NCBI GenBank assembly: GCA_038087875.1
Contig: CM075992.1
Location: 5,706,001-5,766,000, forward strand
Source of the DNA: Malacoraja senta
Taxonomy: Eukaryota
Reading direction: 5' to 3'
DNA length: 60,000 nucleotides
The notes beneath the pieces are model-generated. The model made no database searches. It saw only the letters and a list, made by a program, of their open reading frames with translations, and was not told the origin of the DNA. Every line of letters starts with the position of its first letter. The stretch's first letter is position 1. A program made the translations under genes and the position numbers. This document shows, piece by piece, positions 22,961 to 35,864 of this stretch.

Positions 22961-23688
22961 TGCTTGAGGATAAGGCACAAAATGCCGGAGTAACTCAGCG
23001 GGACAGGCCCTGAGAATCAGGGGAGAGGGAGACACAGATAAAGAAGGGTAAAATGTGTGGAAACGAGAAATCAAAAGAGATGTGGGTCAAAATATAGAAT
23101 CGATCATTGTTAGCTAGAGAAGGTGACATCAAAGCAACTTAAGCTTGGGCAGCTTCCAACCCAGTGGCATGACTTGATTTCTCTAACTTCAAAGTAACCC
23201 ATGCATTCCCTCTCTCCCCCACTCACACCAGCTTCAAAGTTGTCTTGTTGAGTCTCATTGTCTGTAACTCGTTCTCACCTGACTCACAGCTAACAATGGC
23301 CAGTTTTCTTTATCATCGTTACTTTTTTGCATCTTTCATTCATTTGTTCATTTGTCCTCATTCATGAGGAGATCCCCCAGCCCCGACGCCGGACTTACAT
23401 AACCCCGGCGAGCGGGCCTGAACATCGGGCCGCCCGTAGCGGCGACTGTGGAGGGCTCGGGGAGGCCCCGACCACGGGTGAACATTGGGGAACATTAGAG
23501 GATGAGACTGACTTTGGTGCCTTCCCTCACAGTGGGAAACTTTGATTCTGCTGTGTGGGGATGTTTTATGTTTGACTCTATCGTGTGTTGTGTTCTTTAT
23601 TTTTATTGTATGGCTGTATGGTTATCACATTTCACTGTGCCAACTGGCACATGTGACAAATAAATGTATCTTGTATCTTACATAGATA

Positions 23689-23857
23689 CATAGAAAATAG
23701 GTGCAGGAGTAGGCCATTCGGCCCTTCGAGCCTGCACCGCCATTCAATACGATCATGGCTGATCATCCAACTCAGTATCCCGTACCTGCCTTCTCTCCAT
23801 ACCCCCTGATCCCTTTAGCCACAAGGGCCACATCTAATTCCTTCTTAAATATAGCCT
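23689..23857 (-). mobile_element. CR1 3' tail fragment
   Basis: Reverse complement is similar to the 38430-38571 tail ('gaatggcctactcctgcacctattttctatg'). Confidence 0.75.
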
Positions 23858-24264
23858 TGATCCCTAATTTCTCTTTCCCCTGACTCTGTCTGAAGAAGGG
23901 TCTTGACTCGCATCACATATTCCTTCTCTCCAGCAATGCTGTCTGACCTGCTGAGTTACTCCAGCTTTAATGTCATTCTTTGTGTTCCATTATCATATGC
24001 CCCAGATCCAAGGCTCCAAGTCTTTATTGTGGAATATTAGCTGCGTATCAGTTAACCCATCGGGTTGAAATGATTCCAGTTATGTGGAAAATAATTCCTT
24101 AATCTATCTCCTTTCCTAGTCCTTACACCCAATCTATTTTTTTAAATAAATGTGCAGGCAGGCAGGCAGCTGAATTTAGATCAAGATTTGTACCCATAAA
24201 TGAAAACATCTGTATTATAGGAAAATCACAAAGGAATGAAGATTAGAGGACTCGCAACTGTTTG

Positions 24265-24476
24265 TACGTTCTCCCAGTGACCGTGGGCTTTCTCCGGGTG
24301 TCGAGAACATGTCCTCCCATATTCCAGACATGCAGGTCTGTTGGTTAATTGGCTTCTGTAAATTGCCCCTAGTGCATTCGATAAAAACTGGGATAGCTAA
24401 TGTACGGGTGATCATTGTTCAGCACGGACATGGTTGGCCAAAGGGTCCGTTCCCATGCTGTATCGCTAAACTAAAC
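24265..24476 (+). mobile_element. 5'-truncated HE1-like V-SINE
   Basis: Aligns by eye with the 3' two thirds of 20335-20645; ends taaactaaac. Confidence 0.75.
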
Positions 24477-27400
24477 CGTTAAAAGTTCAGTGTGGGAATG
24501 ACTTCTTGAAGTATGTGAAAGGCCTAGCTTGTGAGCTAATTCAAGTCACTGGCTTTCTTAAAAAAAAGGCTTGTAGTTATACAAATTCTGCAATGTCAAA
24601 ACATGACAAAGCATTACAAGCCAATGGTATGTTTATTTCAAGTGCAGCCAGATTGATAATATACATAATATTAAATATCACAAGGAGCAAGAAATACTTC
24701 TTCAATACTATACTTAAATTTAGCATAAAACTTCAATCAGATTAAAGGATGACGATGGAACCCATTAGTTGAAGGCTTGTCATTATTTTTTCCTGATTGC
24801 ATGTGTAGGGGTTATAGTAAAATAAACAAATTAAACAATTTTCACTTCATTCAGCTGCAGTATAATTTCTGACAATGCACGACACAGATTATATTTTTGT
24901 TTAAAAAGTAATTGTGGCAAAACTTTTTGTTACTGTTCAATTTGATTTTCACACTTTATATTGCACAATTCAATCACATTATCCCAAATTTGAATTAGTT
25001 ATTCCATATTCAGTAAAAATGTTTATTTCAACAATAACTGCACAAAAACTAGGAAAATCTAGTAATTTCTTTCTACATATATTCAAAATGTTTAATACAA
25101 GCATTTTCATATTTAATATAATTAGAACTTGAATATGAGTGACATTGTGTTGCATTTAAAAAAAAGCTAACTATTTCATTTGATTACTGGTTTACATCAC
25201 ATTGATGCCATTAATCTGCATGTAAAATTGCCCACAAAAACATTAAATAGTGTGTAAAGTGTGCTCAGCATGTACAACGCAAACATGAAAATTAAACTAA
25301 ATATGCCTGATGTATCCAAGAACAAGACAGTTGTATTGTCTACCAAGCAGTCCATTTAAGGGGTGGAGTGCACACAAACAAATTGAGCAGGATACAAATA
25401 AAGTCACATTATTGGAAAACGTAAAAAAATACACTGGAATAATATCCATAAATGTGTACATCTGAAAGTTTTAAGTGTTTTGATCAGAATAGAATGAAAT
25501 CACCTCAGTCTCAGACTGAAAGGCTAATCTATTAACAAATGACAATATTTGGCAAATTCAAAGTACAATTGAAAACATTAAAAAGGCTATTATTCTAATA
25601 TCTGAATACAAATATTTTGTTCTCTGCATACATATACAATTTAAATACATAGTTTTTTTCACCCCAAATGTGCCTTTGGGGTTTAACATTAAGGACTTGC
25701 AATCCATTATGATATGCATTGATATCAGTTCAGAACATATTTATACCACTGTGCGCAAAGTACCCACTGAACCCTGAGCGTAGACAGCAAAGCAACTCAT
25801 GTAGAAGGAAAAGTGAACTGCAATTGCCCTTTTGTCCGAAATATCACTTGTGCAATAAATGGCGCCATACTTGAAAAAATTGCTTAGAAGGAGTAGACAG
25901 TCAACCATTGTATGTTACAAATATTTCTCATCCAAAGATAATTTGAGGCTGTTGCAAATGAAAGCCTAATAAAATTGGAAGTGATTCCCAGATAATTCCC
26001 ACAAAAATGAAATGCAATAGAACACCAAAAGAGGATGGTTTTGGCCCTACCTCCTAACAAGCCATTTTCAATTGCAAGTACAAGGAGCGACTGAAACATC
26101 AAAAGTATAAGATGCACTGATCTACAAAAAAAAATGGTATCGTTGGAACTTTTCAGAAGTAGTGTCTCTGGTATAATTGGAACGTCATAGAACAAGGGAC
26201 AATTGTTGTCTTTGACCAGTCTAGTTGCCAAATAAATAGATTATAGTTTGATAGTTCTGTATATAGTAATAGTAAAGTAATTACCAGCCATTTTAAACTA
26301 GAAGCCCAATGTTATCAGAGTATCTACTTTTAAAAAGGCAATGTATCTAAATTGTCAATAAATGCTCAAACAAAACATGGATGGAAATTCTGTGAACCAA
26401 ACTAATGGGCAATATAAAACCAGATTCAGCTGGTTTTGGTGTGGTGCAATATTCGTTGATAAAGGGTTGTTAAAGGTGATAATAAAGTTAATTAAACACT
26501 TCCTGTCAAGTTTGCATAATCACAAAAGCTTTCTTTTCCTGCCTCCTAGTGGTAGAACGTTCACACTTTGTAGCAATAAAAATAACAATCTAATCCTCCA
26601 CACTGGGTATACTGGTAGGGTAAACTATTTGTTTAGGGTGGCCCCAACAGATCATCAGCTACTTGGCAAACCCCAAAAATCAATGGAGTCAAGGAACTGC
26701 GGAAGCTGGAATCGTGGAGGAACTCAGTTTGTCAGGCAGCATCTGTGGAGGGATTGGACAGAAGACACTGAAGAGGGCCATTACCAGAAACATCACCTGT
26801 CCATTCTCTTCACACTATTGGCCTTGCCCTATAAATCATTGCTTTGTTAATGTGCATAAATTTTAAGATGTAAATATTTGACAGATCACATTTTGATTTA
26901 GAATTTATCTACAAAAGAGACAATTCTACCAATAATCCAATCCTGCCACCCGAATGACAAAACTATAGTTATGGATGGAATAGATTTGCCCAAGCTGCGC
27001 AGGCTAGTGTGACAGAGTTCGCAGGACTATGATCTATGGGCTGTTGTTTCAACCTCCCAGTCAAGGTCAACTGCCGTGCTCAGATTATTGCTTATACTGA
27101 AAAAAAAACCAAATGCTGCACAGGCACTTAAATTTACCGTTTTAGTCCTTGGTTAAACAACACTATTTAAGCAAGAGGACACACAAACCAAGAAAAAGAT
27201 CAGATTAGAGTATAGATGCATATTTACATGAGACTGCAGAAGTAATATCCATTTTTCACGGGACATAATACGAGGTTGGTGAAAATTATGTACAGGAATT
27301 AATGTTTTAGTCAAAATCCACAGGTGTCCTTTTACAGGACGCTAAATAACTGCCATAACTACGGTCAGTATTTTGTTTTGAAGCAGAGCAGATGTGTGTG

Positions 27401-29725
27401 CTTGTGCGTGGGGGAGGGTGAGATAATTAAATATTAATCACCAAAATCCCTATTTCACACTAACTGCAGAAATCAGTGCCATAAACCACCAACTCTTTTC
27501 AAGTATCTCCCTTGCAGTAATGAGGCTCATGGACTAATGTTTCAAAGAGAGTACTACAAATAAATACTGTAAGCTTCCGAAATGCATGCTCTCCGACTTC
27601 ATGAAACTTTTACAAGATAAATTTATATTATAAGTGCCCCAATTTTCTAACACCTTAGTAAACTTATACAGGGCATTAATGTCACCAACTAAATATTATT
27701 TAAATGCACAAATTCTATTTATTGCTGCGAAAAACTCCAGCATTGGTAAACAAAGCAAAGCATCTCTCAAATGCTAAGACTGATAGGCTATTTCATCATT
27801 GCTCTGCTGTCCTGAGGGACAGGGACTCTCCCGATCTCAAAGCTCATTGTAACAGCAGCCTACAAAATCCCTAAATGTATTTTATCTCGGTTAAGCATCA
27901 ACCTGGGGCCAATTCTGTGATTCGATTTACACCCAGCGACATGCCTTCTTCCTGTGTCTCTACTACAAGTTATAAATAGCATAACTAATGTGGACAGATA
28001 AGAGGGATCTGGTAATTTTTTTTCTCCTTTGAGAATTGGTTAAAATACCTTCCAAGTAACTGAAGTAATTGGAAATGTTGATTTCAAGTATTTCTTCATG
28101 AAGTTGTTAATCAGAGAAATCAGATTTAAATGACTTGGTGGAAGAACAAGAGGGAGGTGACAAGTATTCTTTTTACACTTCTCAAAACATGTCGTCTGAA
28201 GAGAGGTCAAAGTAAAATTGCCAACTTTCAAAAGGGAACTGAATTTAAACTTGAAACGTTAAACATTTACAGGGCTATGAGGAAAGATCAGGGATATGGG
28301 TCCAATTGTGCAACTCCTTCACAGAGTCAGCACAATCATGAAAAGACAAATGGACTCTACTCATTCAGGATGATGCTGTGAATCGGTTGAACACTGACAT
28401 CACGCAACATTTTTGACAAGCACCTGTATCATAATTTTGCACTTTTCCAAACGTCCGACTGTCTGGGTTTGAGAAATTTTTCTGGAAGCAATAATTTTGA
28501 TTTGGAAGATTAAAAAATTCAGAATTTATTATGAAACCATTTTATATATGGCTGTGAATAAACAATTTTGGGGGGAAAAAAATCAGCTTTGTTTGCAATC
28601 AAGATCAAAAGATCCCATTTTGGCTGAGATAAGTAAGCATGCTGTAAATGAATATAGGCAAGATACAAATTACAAAATTGGTTTTCACATAATAATCTTT
28701 TGAAGATCAATTCCTCCGCTTCAAGTTCCAAACTCAGCATCACGAAGAAGTTAAACTGTAAACATTTCCCTACCTTATAACTAGATGCACCTCTTTATAA
28801 ATCAGTTCTTAAGTGCATCATTATACTGGTGTATGGAGATAATAGAGACTGCTGCAATGGATATTAGTTGAGCTAAAAGTTTCTTCAATTCCTTTCTTTC
28901 TGAAAATGTTTTGATAACACTTCTTTAGTTATATGCACTCATTCTGTTACTGATATTGGAAAATATCCATGATTTTTCTTTCAATATCTTAAGAGGAAAA
29001 CTAAATTGAACCAAGTCTTTAACTCAATCTTGTCCTTGCATTAACAATGGAAGGACTCATTGCCGAGAGAAGAATATTCAGGCTTTAAGAGACAAGTTTC
29101 TTTGACTAATTCAAACCCAATTATATATCTTGCTCTCCTACTAGACGCCCGTATCTTTCTCCACTTTCCAAAATTTCTTGGCACCAACTTCAGGCAATAG
29201 ATTGGAAAGTAATTTCCAATATTTCTGGCACAGCCAACTAAAAAAAGTGCATCTCTTGTGCAGAGTTGTCTGTGGAATAACTTTCGCCAAAGCATTTTTA
29301 TATCAAAAGGCATGGAAAGTTGGCCCATGAAACAAATGAAATTATTGCAGGGTCCAATTCTTCCAAATTCATCAGATTTACCATGTTGACATCTATTTTA
29401 TCAACATCATGTACTGAGCTACCCAGCTGACTATTTTTCTAGCAAATACCTGAACATTTGTCAGAACTATAGTCCTGGCACCATGTTGACAATTAACAGC
29501 AGGGTTGTTTAAAAGTGCTTTTTTAAAAATAAAAATCACTTTTTTCCTGTGGCAAATGTGTCATTTAACTTTTAATAATGGAGTAATTTTAGTCAAGATG
29601 TATCATAAGCAAGCTACGTTATCAGTGCATTCTGAAAGCATGATCATTAGGTATAGGTGATCACTCCAATGGAACAGATTCTAGGCTAAAGAAAAAAGAC
29701 ACCAGTGTATTGTATAAAAGGTGTG

Positions 29726-29731
29726 TTTATT
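29726..29731 (-). terminator. Candidate proximal polyadenylation signal of BRD4
   Basis: AATAAA on the minus strand ~1.55 kb after the stop, with TGTA upstream and T-rich sequence downstream; not proven. Confidence 0.4.
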
Positions 29732-31284
29732 CAATAATCGATACAGACCAAATGCAATTTTTCTGCCTCTCAGTAAAACCGACTTTAAACTGAGGTTACC
29801 AACACTGGAGCTGGTACTGTATAGTGGGTATTTTGGCACATTAAAATATGTTCATTTAAAAAAAAAAAAAAAAAGGTTAAAAACAGCTGAAAAAATAAAA
29901 TTATATTTAAAGGCAAAGACGAGGAATGGTACATTAATTTAAATTTTGCCATATTTGCCATAAAACAATCACTCGTCTAATTCTTGCTGCAGAGTTTAAC
30001 TAGGAGAACCAGCACTTCACTTGATGCTTTTAGCGAATACTAAAGAGACACTTGCACAGAAACAGCTCGTATATTTTGTACAACCCTCTGAAGAAAAAAA
30101 AGGAACGCCCAGAATCGACCATATAAAGATAAAACTCACACCTGGGCCTCCAAATCGTATGGAAGTCTGCTACATTAATAAAGTAAGTTTTTTTAATTAC
30201 AGAAAACATACAAGTTAAGCATCGCACACCAACCATACCCACTATACAGCATCGGTTGAACTACTCAAGGGCAGCTGAAACCTCTGGTTATTTGCAGAAA
30301 AGAAAGTCAGCTCTTGTATCTTTACTATTCAGAGGGACAACAGTACAAAACAGTTTCAGCAGTGCCATTCAACATTCGTATCTCCTGAGGTAATGAGACA
30401 AAACAATTTTACCTACTTTGGTTGGTAGTCCAGCTTTGATCCCAAACACTGCAGAAAAGAAATTAAAACAGGGAAAAACAAAAAAAAATGCTTTAGTTGG
30501 GACAGCTGTTTAAACTCATAACCTCCGACATACGATTTTTTCCCTTTTTTGTATTGCCATAACCATCACATGGCTTGTCAGAACATACCCAGCCTAGTAT
30601 GTGAAAACTCTGTAGATAAACAAAACCCGCAGACAGCACTATGCACTGTAAAAAAAAAATGAACACATAGTTGCACTGCTTAAATAGTCCATCCAGATTA
30701 TACTGTTGTAACTTAGTGAAGGGGCCAGTTTTCCCAATTACAGGGGAATCCACCCATATATATCATAGTATTGCCCCGTTCTCTCATGAGCAGTGAAGGA
30801 GACGAACTAGATTTATGGAGCCAATGCAGCAAAACTGTTCAGGAAACAGGGCCCTGACACTGTAACAGTGAAACCCTGTTTGATTGAGTACATCAGAATG
30901 TTATTGTGTCTTTTCATACATAGTGAAGGAGTTTGGCGAGGACAGCCTTGCAGCTAATGGGTAACCCCTCCCTACCCTCTTTACAGTAGTATCATTCGGA
31001 AAGCTGGACGCACATTTGTGCACGTGTTTTCTAAACAACAATAAGTTTTTTTTTTGTCTATTTGTTCATTCCTATATTGTGGGTTAAATGTAAGGCAGAC
31101 TTCTGTCCATCCATGTCCATCCATCCATTCAAGGCATCGACTGAACGATTCGCTCACTCACTGGGTCACACATGCAGAAAGACCGTGCACCATGAACCTG
31201 GCCCAAACACTACGGTGCCACGCAACTCATGGAAAACAGTTTCGTAGTACTTTCAAAAGTCAGGATATCCAGGAAAAGGAGTCC

Positions 31285-31353
31285 TCAGAAGAGATTCTCT
31301 TCAAATATTGCCATTAAGTCGCTCTGAAAATTCATGTCAATCGTAGCCGCCAT
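31285..31353 (-). CDS. BRD4: BRD4 last coding exon (C-terminal P-TEFb-interacting motif)
   Basis: ttttag|ATG GCG GCT...TTC TGA = MAATIDMNFQSDLMAIFEENLF*. Confidence 0.97.
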   Translation of the reverse strand: MAATIDMNFQSDLMAIFEENLF

Positions 31354-32573
31354 CTAAAACACAAAAGAAATGTGTGAGAAAACAATCACGTACGGTTTGT
31401 CTATTCTGTCAGTAATGTAAAACATTTTTTTCCCCAGAAATCTTCAAATGATTGCTTGCTATACAGTCTCACTAATATAAGAAACAGGCAAAGTCAATCT
31501 TTAGCTGATCAAAGGGCAAAAGTAGAGTTAGATGGCAGACCCACTATGATTTGACTGGCAGAACAGACTTAGAGGCTGTGGCCTGCCCTGCTCCTGTTTG
31601 TTAAATGGCAAGGGGGTTGTATTTCCAACGTTTGCTCAGAATTTCTATTGCCTATTCGAGGGCCATGCCCAATGGATGCATACATCAAGGTTAGTTTACT
31701 TGAATATTCCTTTCTAAACTCAACGAGGATCAATGGAAGACCCCTATGAGGGATTCATAACCAGGAGGTCAAAACTTTAAAGTGAAGGGCAAACGATATA
31801 TTTTAATGACAAACCTGTTAATTTGTCAACTTCACCTCTGCATTATTGCACTGATAACCCAAGAGAACACAATCATTATCAGCTATAAAATAATGATATA
31901 GTGGATCCTTAATTAAAGATCCTAGCTTTCCCCTATTTTAGTATCACATCCCTTTTTTGTACCCGTCAGTCCATAACTCAGGGGCAGGTAAAAATCAAAT
32001 CCCCATCAACTAGCCAGAGTCCCTTCTGCTTCAAAGAATATTTTTAGATGGTTCTTATTACTTCACCATTAAAACTTTAACTCGCTAAATGGTTGCTGGT
32101 CAAAAATTCAAAGTATCACCTTAATATATCAAGATTTCAAATGCTAATCAGTATTTTCATACTGATCCTAATTTTAACAATTTGTGTATTTAATCATCAG
32201 TATCCAATGAAAACAATCCTGTAAAAAAAATATTTTCACCAACTCCCAAATGTACTAATAAGTCCCAAAGGTGTACTAATATTCCCAAAGGTACTAATAT
32301 TGCACAAGTGCACTGGCCCTTCAGTAACAGCTTATTTAACACACACTGCAGAAATGTTGAACCTATTCTATACTTTTACAATATTCATCCACAAAATTCT
32401 TCTGGCTGATATCAATGGATTACATATCACAAAAAATCAGGGCCAATTGTTTCCCCCTCTGAACCCACAGCAAACTTTCTAAAAAGTTATCACAAACTAA
32501 TAGGCCTGGTTCTAAGGGACTGCAAATCCTGTTCAGCATTCCATCCCATCTATGAGTTGCACTGGAAACTTAC

Positions 32574-32877
32574 TGCTTCCTTCCGCCTTCGTTCTTGCTC
32601 CCGCTTCCTTGCTAGTTCTCGCTGCTGATCCAGCATAGACTGTGAGGTGGGCTGAGAGCCCTGCTGCTGCTGCTGTTGCTGCGCCTGCTGCTGCTGCTGC
32701 TGTTGCTGCTGCTGCGCCTGTTGTTGCTGTTGTTGTTGCTGTTGTTGCTGTTGCTGTTGTTGTTGCTGTTGCTGCTGCTGCTGTTGTTGCTGTTGCTGCT
32801 GAAGATGCTGCTGCTGTCTTTTCACCTCCTCGTGAGCTCTCCGAGCACACTCCAAAGCATCCTCCTCATCTCGACTT
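32574..32877 (-). CDS. BRD4: BRD4 penultimate exon (304 nt, polyQ)
   Basis: ttccag|A AGT CGA...GCA|gtaag; SRDEEDALECARRAHEEVKR-polyQ-SQSMLDQQRELARKREQERRRKEA. Confidence 0.95.
32662..32816 (-). repeat. Coding CAG/CAA trinucleotide repeat
   Basis: Encodes QQQHL-Q28-A-Q10-A-Q7. Confidence 0.95.
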
Positions 32878-34149
32878 CTGGAAATTCAAACCAATATTCG
32901 GTCAAAAGCATTACAAGGGCAGCAAAGCGCCACCTGTTGAATTCTTGATCAGTCAGCTGTAGATATATTCAATACAGTTGAGCAATTGTTTTGAGTTTTA
33001 GTTTTGAAGATACAGCCAGAAACAGGCCCTTCTACCCACCGAGTCCGTGCCAACCAGCAATCCCAACAAACTAACACTATCCCACATACACACTCAGGAC
33101 AATTTAGCATTATACCCAGGCAATATGCCTACAAATCTGCACTTCTTTGGAGTAAAAGCAATACCGAAAGCAATGGCTTAGAGTTTTCTGCTAAGGAACA
33201 TCAAAGAAAATCTGATGACCTCTGGTCATTTACTTGCACATTTAAAATTTTCCCCATAACATTGACTGAAAACCCGAGTTAATAATATGACCAGGATAAC
33301 AAAGCAGTTTGGAGCCAGAGAGGAAAAGCAAGCAATCACACATCTCCTCCACCAAGTTGATTAGGAAATAAAAAGTGACACAAGTATCAATAGGAATGGT
33401 GATTTCAATGTTAAATTAGATCTAAAAGAATCAATGGAGGGGAAAAAAATAATGAATTGAGGACAAAAAGTATTTTAAAGCCTCAATCAACACATTATTT
33501 TTGAAGGGAACGACATTGCAATCTTTCCCTTTTGGTACTATTGAGATTGATTTGCTTTATTAATGCACAGTGGTGTTAAATGGGCATTTAGACAGGAAAT
33601 GAATAAACCTCTGTGCATTGAATTTGTATCTGATATGCAAACATACAAAACAGTCTTCAAGGATGAGAGGAACAGTGTGATGCAACTCCTACGGCAACTT
33701 TACCAATATTTCAAATAGGTCTTTTTGTCAGAAGAAGCTTGATAATAATTGTTCAAAGATTCAAGTTTCTTCTGCTGCATTCCAAAGACTCAACGTGAAA
33801 ACACAGCGCAGGCCAACAATGACTACTTAGTAGACAAATCAAGAAAGGTAATCTTCATCCACAATGGGTCTTCCTTGTAACAGAGAATTGCTCCTTTCCA
33901 TCCGCATGTTAACCTGGCACACTTCTACAGGTGCTGAGGTGAGAACATTGTGTGCACAATGAGTTCAGTGGCAATAAGCACTGGGCACCAAACATGGCTG
34001 GTATACATTAAGCTGGCTGGCAAGAAACAAAGGAACCAAGGCAAACCTTACAGTAAATACAAAAATGAATTTCACTGTGCATGTGACAATAAAGTACAAT
34101 TGAACTATATAGGCTTGATAGTGCTAAGAAATGGAAAGGCTAGACTTGC

Positions 34150-34376
34150 CGCTGTCTCTCCTGCTCCATGCGGAGACGCTCCTTCTCCGCTAACTCGTGT
34201 TGCATCTTACGGTACTCTTCCTGTGCTTTAAGCGCCTTTTCTCGCTCGTCTTTCTCTCGCGCCGCTCGCCTAAACTGCTCAAAGCTATCGCTTGATGATT
34301 TTGCCGTAGATGAGGGAGTGGAAGGAGTCTTCTTAACAAGACTTGCCCATGATCCCATGTTCTTGATCTTGAGATC
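34150..34376 (-). CDS. BRD4: BRD4 exon (227 nt) with a GC splice donor
   Basis: ttcag|GAT CTC AAG...CAG CG|gcaagt; [16 protein letters not shown]...[26 protein letters not shown]. Confidence 0.93.
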
Positions 34377-34756
34377 CTGAAACATGCACGCATAAAGAAT
34401 TTAGAACTCCAATATGGTAACAACGCACAATTAACTCAAGCTGAACAGGTCTGAGAAACCAAAATAAACGATTTAGGTACAATTTAAGACTTAGTAATTC
34501 AAAGAAAAGGAATTTTTGAACATTTCTATTTTAAAATAATATTTAACGTTAGTTCATTGATAAATAACTAAGTAGCTCATTCATCCAGTTTCATGGAGCC
34601 AAAAGATCACTGATTCAGAATGAATTACCAACCATCAGGGATACAATTCAGGAAAATAACAATCAAAATAAATATATTTTCCCACAATGGAGGAGTTCCC
34701 TAAGGGACTTCAGGACAGGAATAAAAACAAGTGGATTGGTCATCAGTTAATGGTAA

Positions 34757-35168
34757 GGGGCTGTCCCACTTGGGCAACCTAATTGGCGAGTTTAGAAGAG
34801 TTTGAAAAAATGACTAAACCTCTGTGCATTGAGTTTGTATCTGATATGCAAACATACAAAACAGTCTTCAAGGATGAGAGGAGCAGTGTGATGCAACTCC
34901 TATGGCAACTTTACCAATATTTCAAATAGGTCCTTACCATTAACTGATGACCAATCCACATGGATTTTTTCCATGGCGCCCTTTTTTTAACTTTTACATT
35001 TTGAAAAAAAATGCCGCGACCTAGCTGAGGCCTCGAGTACGTGGAGACCACTCTCAAGCATGAAGGAGAGCTACGAAGACGAACTCGTGTCGACCATTGC
35101 TGCGAGTATGAATCGAAGGCAAACTCGCCAGAACTCGTGGATTAGGTCGCCCAAGTGGGACAGGCCCT
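34757..35168. mobile_element. PIF/Harbinger-type MITE carrying captured host sequence
   Basis: TIRs ggggctgtcccacttgggcaacctaat and attaggtcgcccaagtgggacaggccct; TAA/TTA flanks; same terminal family as 18246-18439. Confidence 0.8.
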
Positions 35169-35230
35169 TTAGTTATCACTCCATATTGGAGTGGACATGG
35201 TCATCAGTTAATGCATGCAATGCCTCTCAC

Positions 35231-35360
35231 CTTTTTGGGAGCCACGGAGTTTTGGGCGTCTGTTGTTTGTGTTTGTCTTTGTCCTGAGGAGAAGGCTGCG
35301 AGCTGTGTTCCGGAGGCCGAATCACTGGCCCAGCAACTTCCATCTGCTTCATCTCCGCCC
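35231..35360 (-). CDS. BRD4: BRD4 exon (130 nt as given; apparent 1-nt deletion)
   Basis: ctgcag|GG GCG GAG ATG...AAG|gtgag; AEMKQMEVAGPVIRPPE...DKDKHKQQTPKT/VAPKK with a frame slip near 35246. Confidence 0.88.
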
Positions 35361-35487
35361 CTGCAGGAGAAAGAACCCAAAGTCCCTCAACACACATTTG
35401 AACAAAAACGATGGAAACATTCTGATCAAGAAGCCTCTGCGGAGGGAGAGAAAAAAAAGTGCAGACTCGATGGGCCAAAGATTTGTA

Positions 35488-35593
35488 GGAAAGAACTGCA
35501 GATGCAGTCTGAAGAAGGGTCTCGACCCGAAACGTCACCCATTCCTTTTCTCCAGAGATGCTGAGTTACTCCAGCATTTTGTGTCTACCTTCA
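35488..35593 (+). mobile_element. Penelope-derived terminal fragment with an intact hammerhead-like core
   Basis: ctgaagaagggtctcgacccgaaacgtcacccattcc at 35509. Confidence 0.8.
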
Positions 35594-35864
35594 ATGGGTC
35601 AAAGGGCCAGTTTCCACATTGTTTCTCTAAAATCTAAAGTAAATGACAATTTCAGTGGAAACAGACGTTGAGAAATGAGCTGATGCAGTCCTCCTGCTTG
35701 TGTTTGCAAGCGGAGTTCCTGAGACTATCTCTGAAGGGCAATGCACTGATTTTTTAATTATGTCTCTTGTTCTGAAGGAAGGTCATAATCAAAGCAGGCG
35801 AAGAACCTCCGTCATATCTGAAGGGATGATTATGACCCCTAAGGCCATAGAATGTGCTACTTAC

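Noticed and set aside
22434..23074. Several overlapping 115-151 aa ORFs around EPHX exon 1
   Set aside because: CpG-island artefacts; only 22823-22578 shows family similarity and a matching splice donor.
32533..32962. Poly-Ala/Thr, poly-Ala/Val and poly-Leu ORFs
   Set aside because: Alternative-frame and antisense readings of the BRD4 CAG/CAA repeat.
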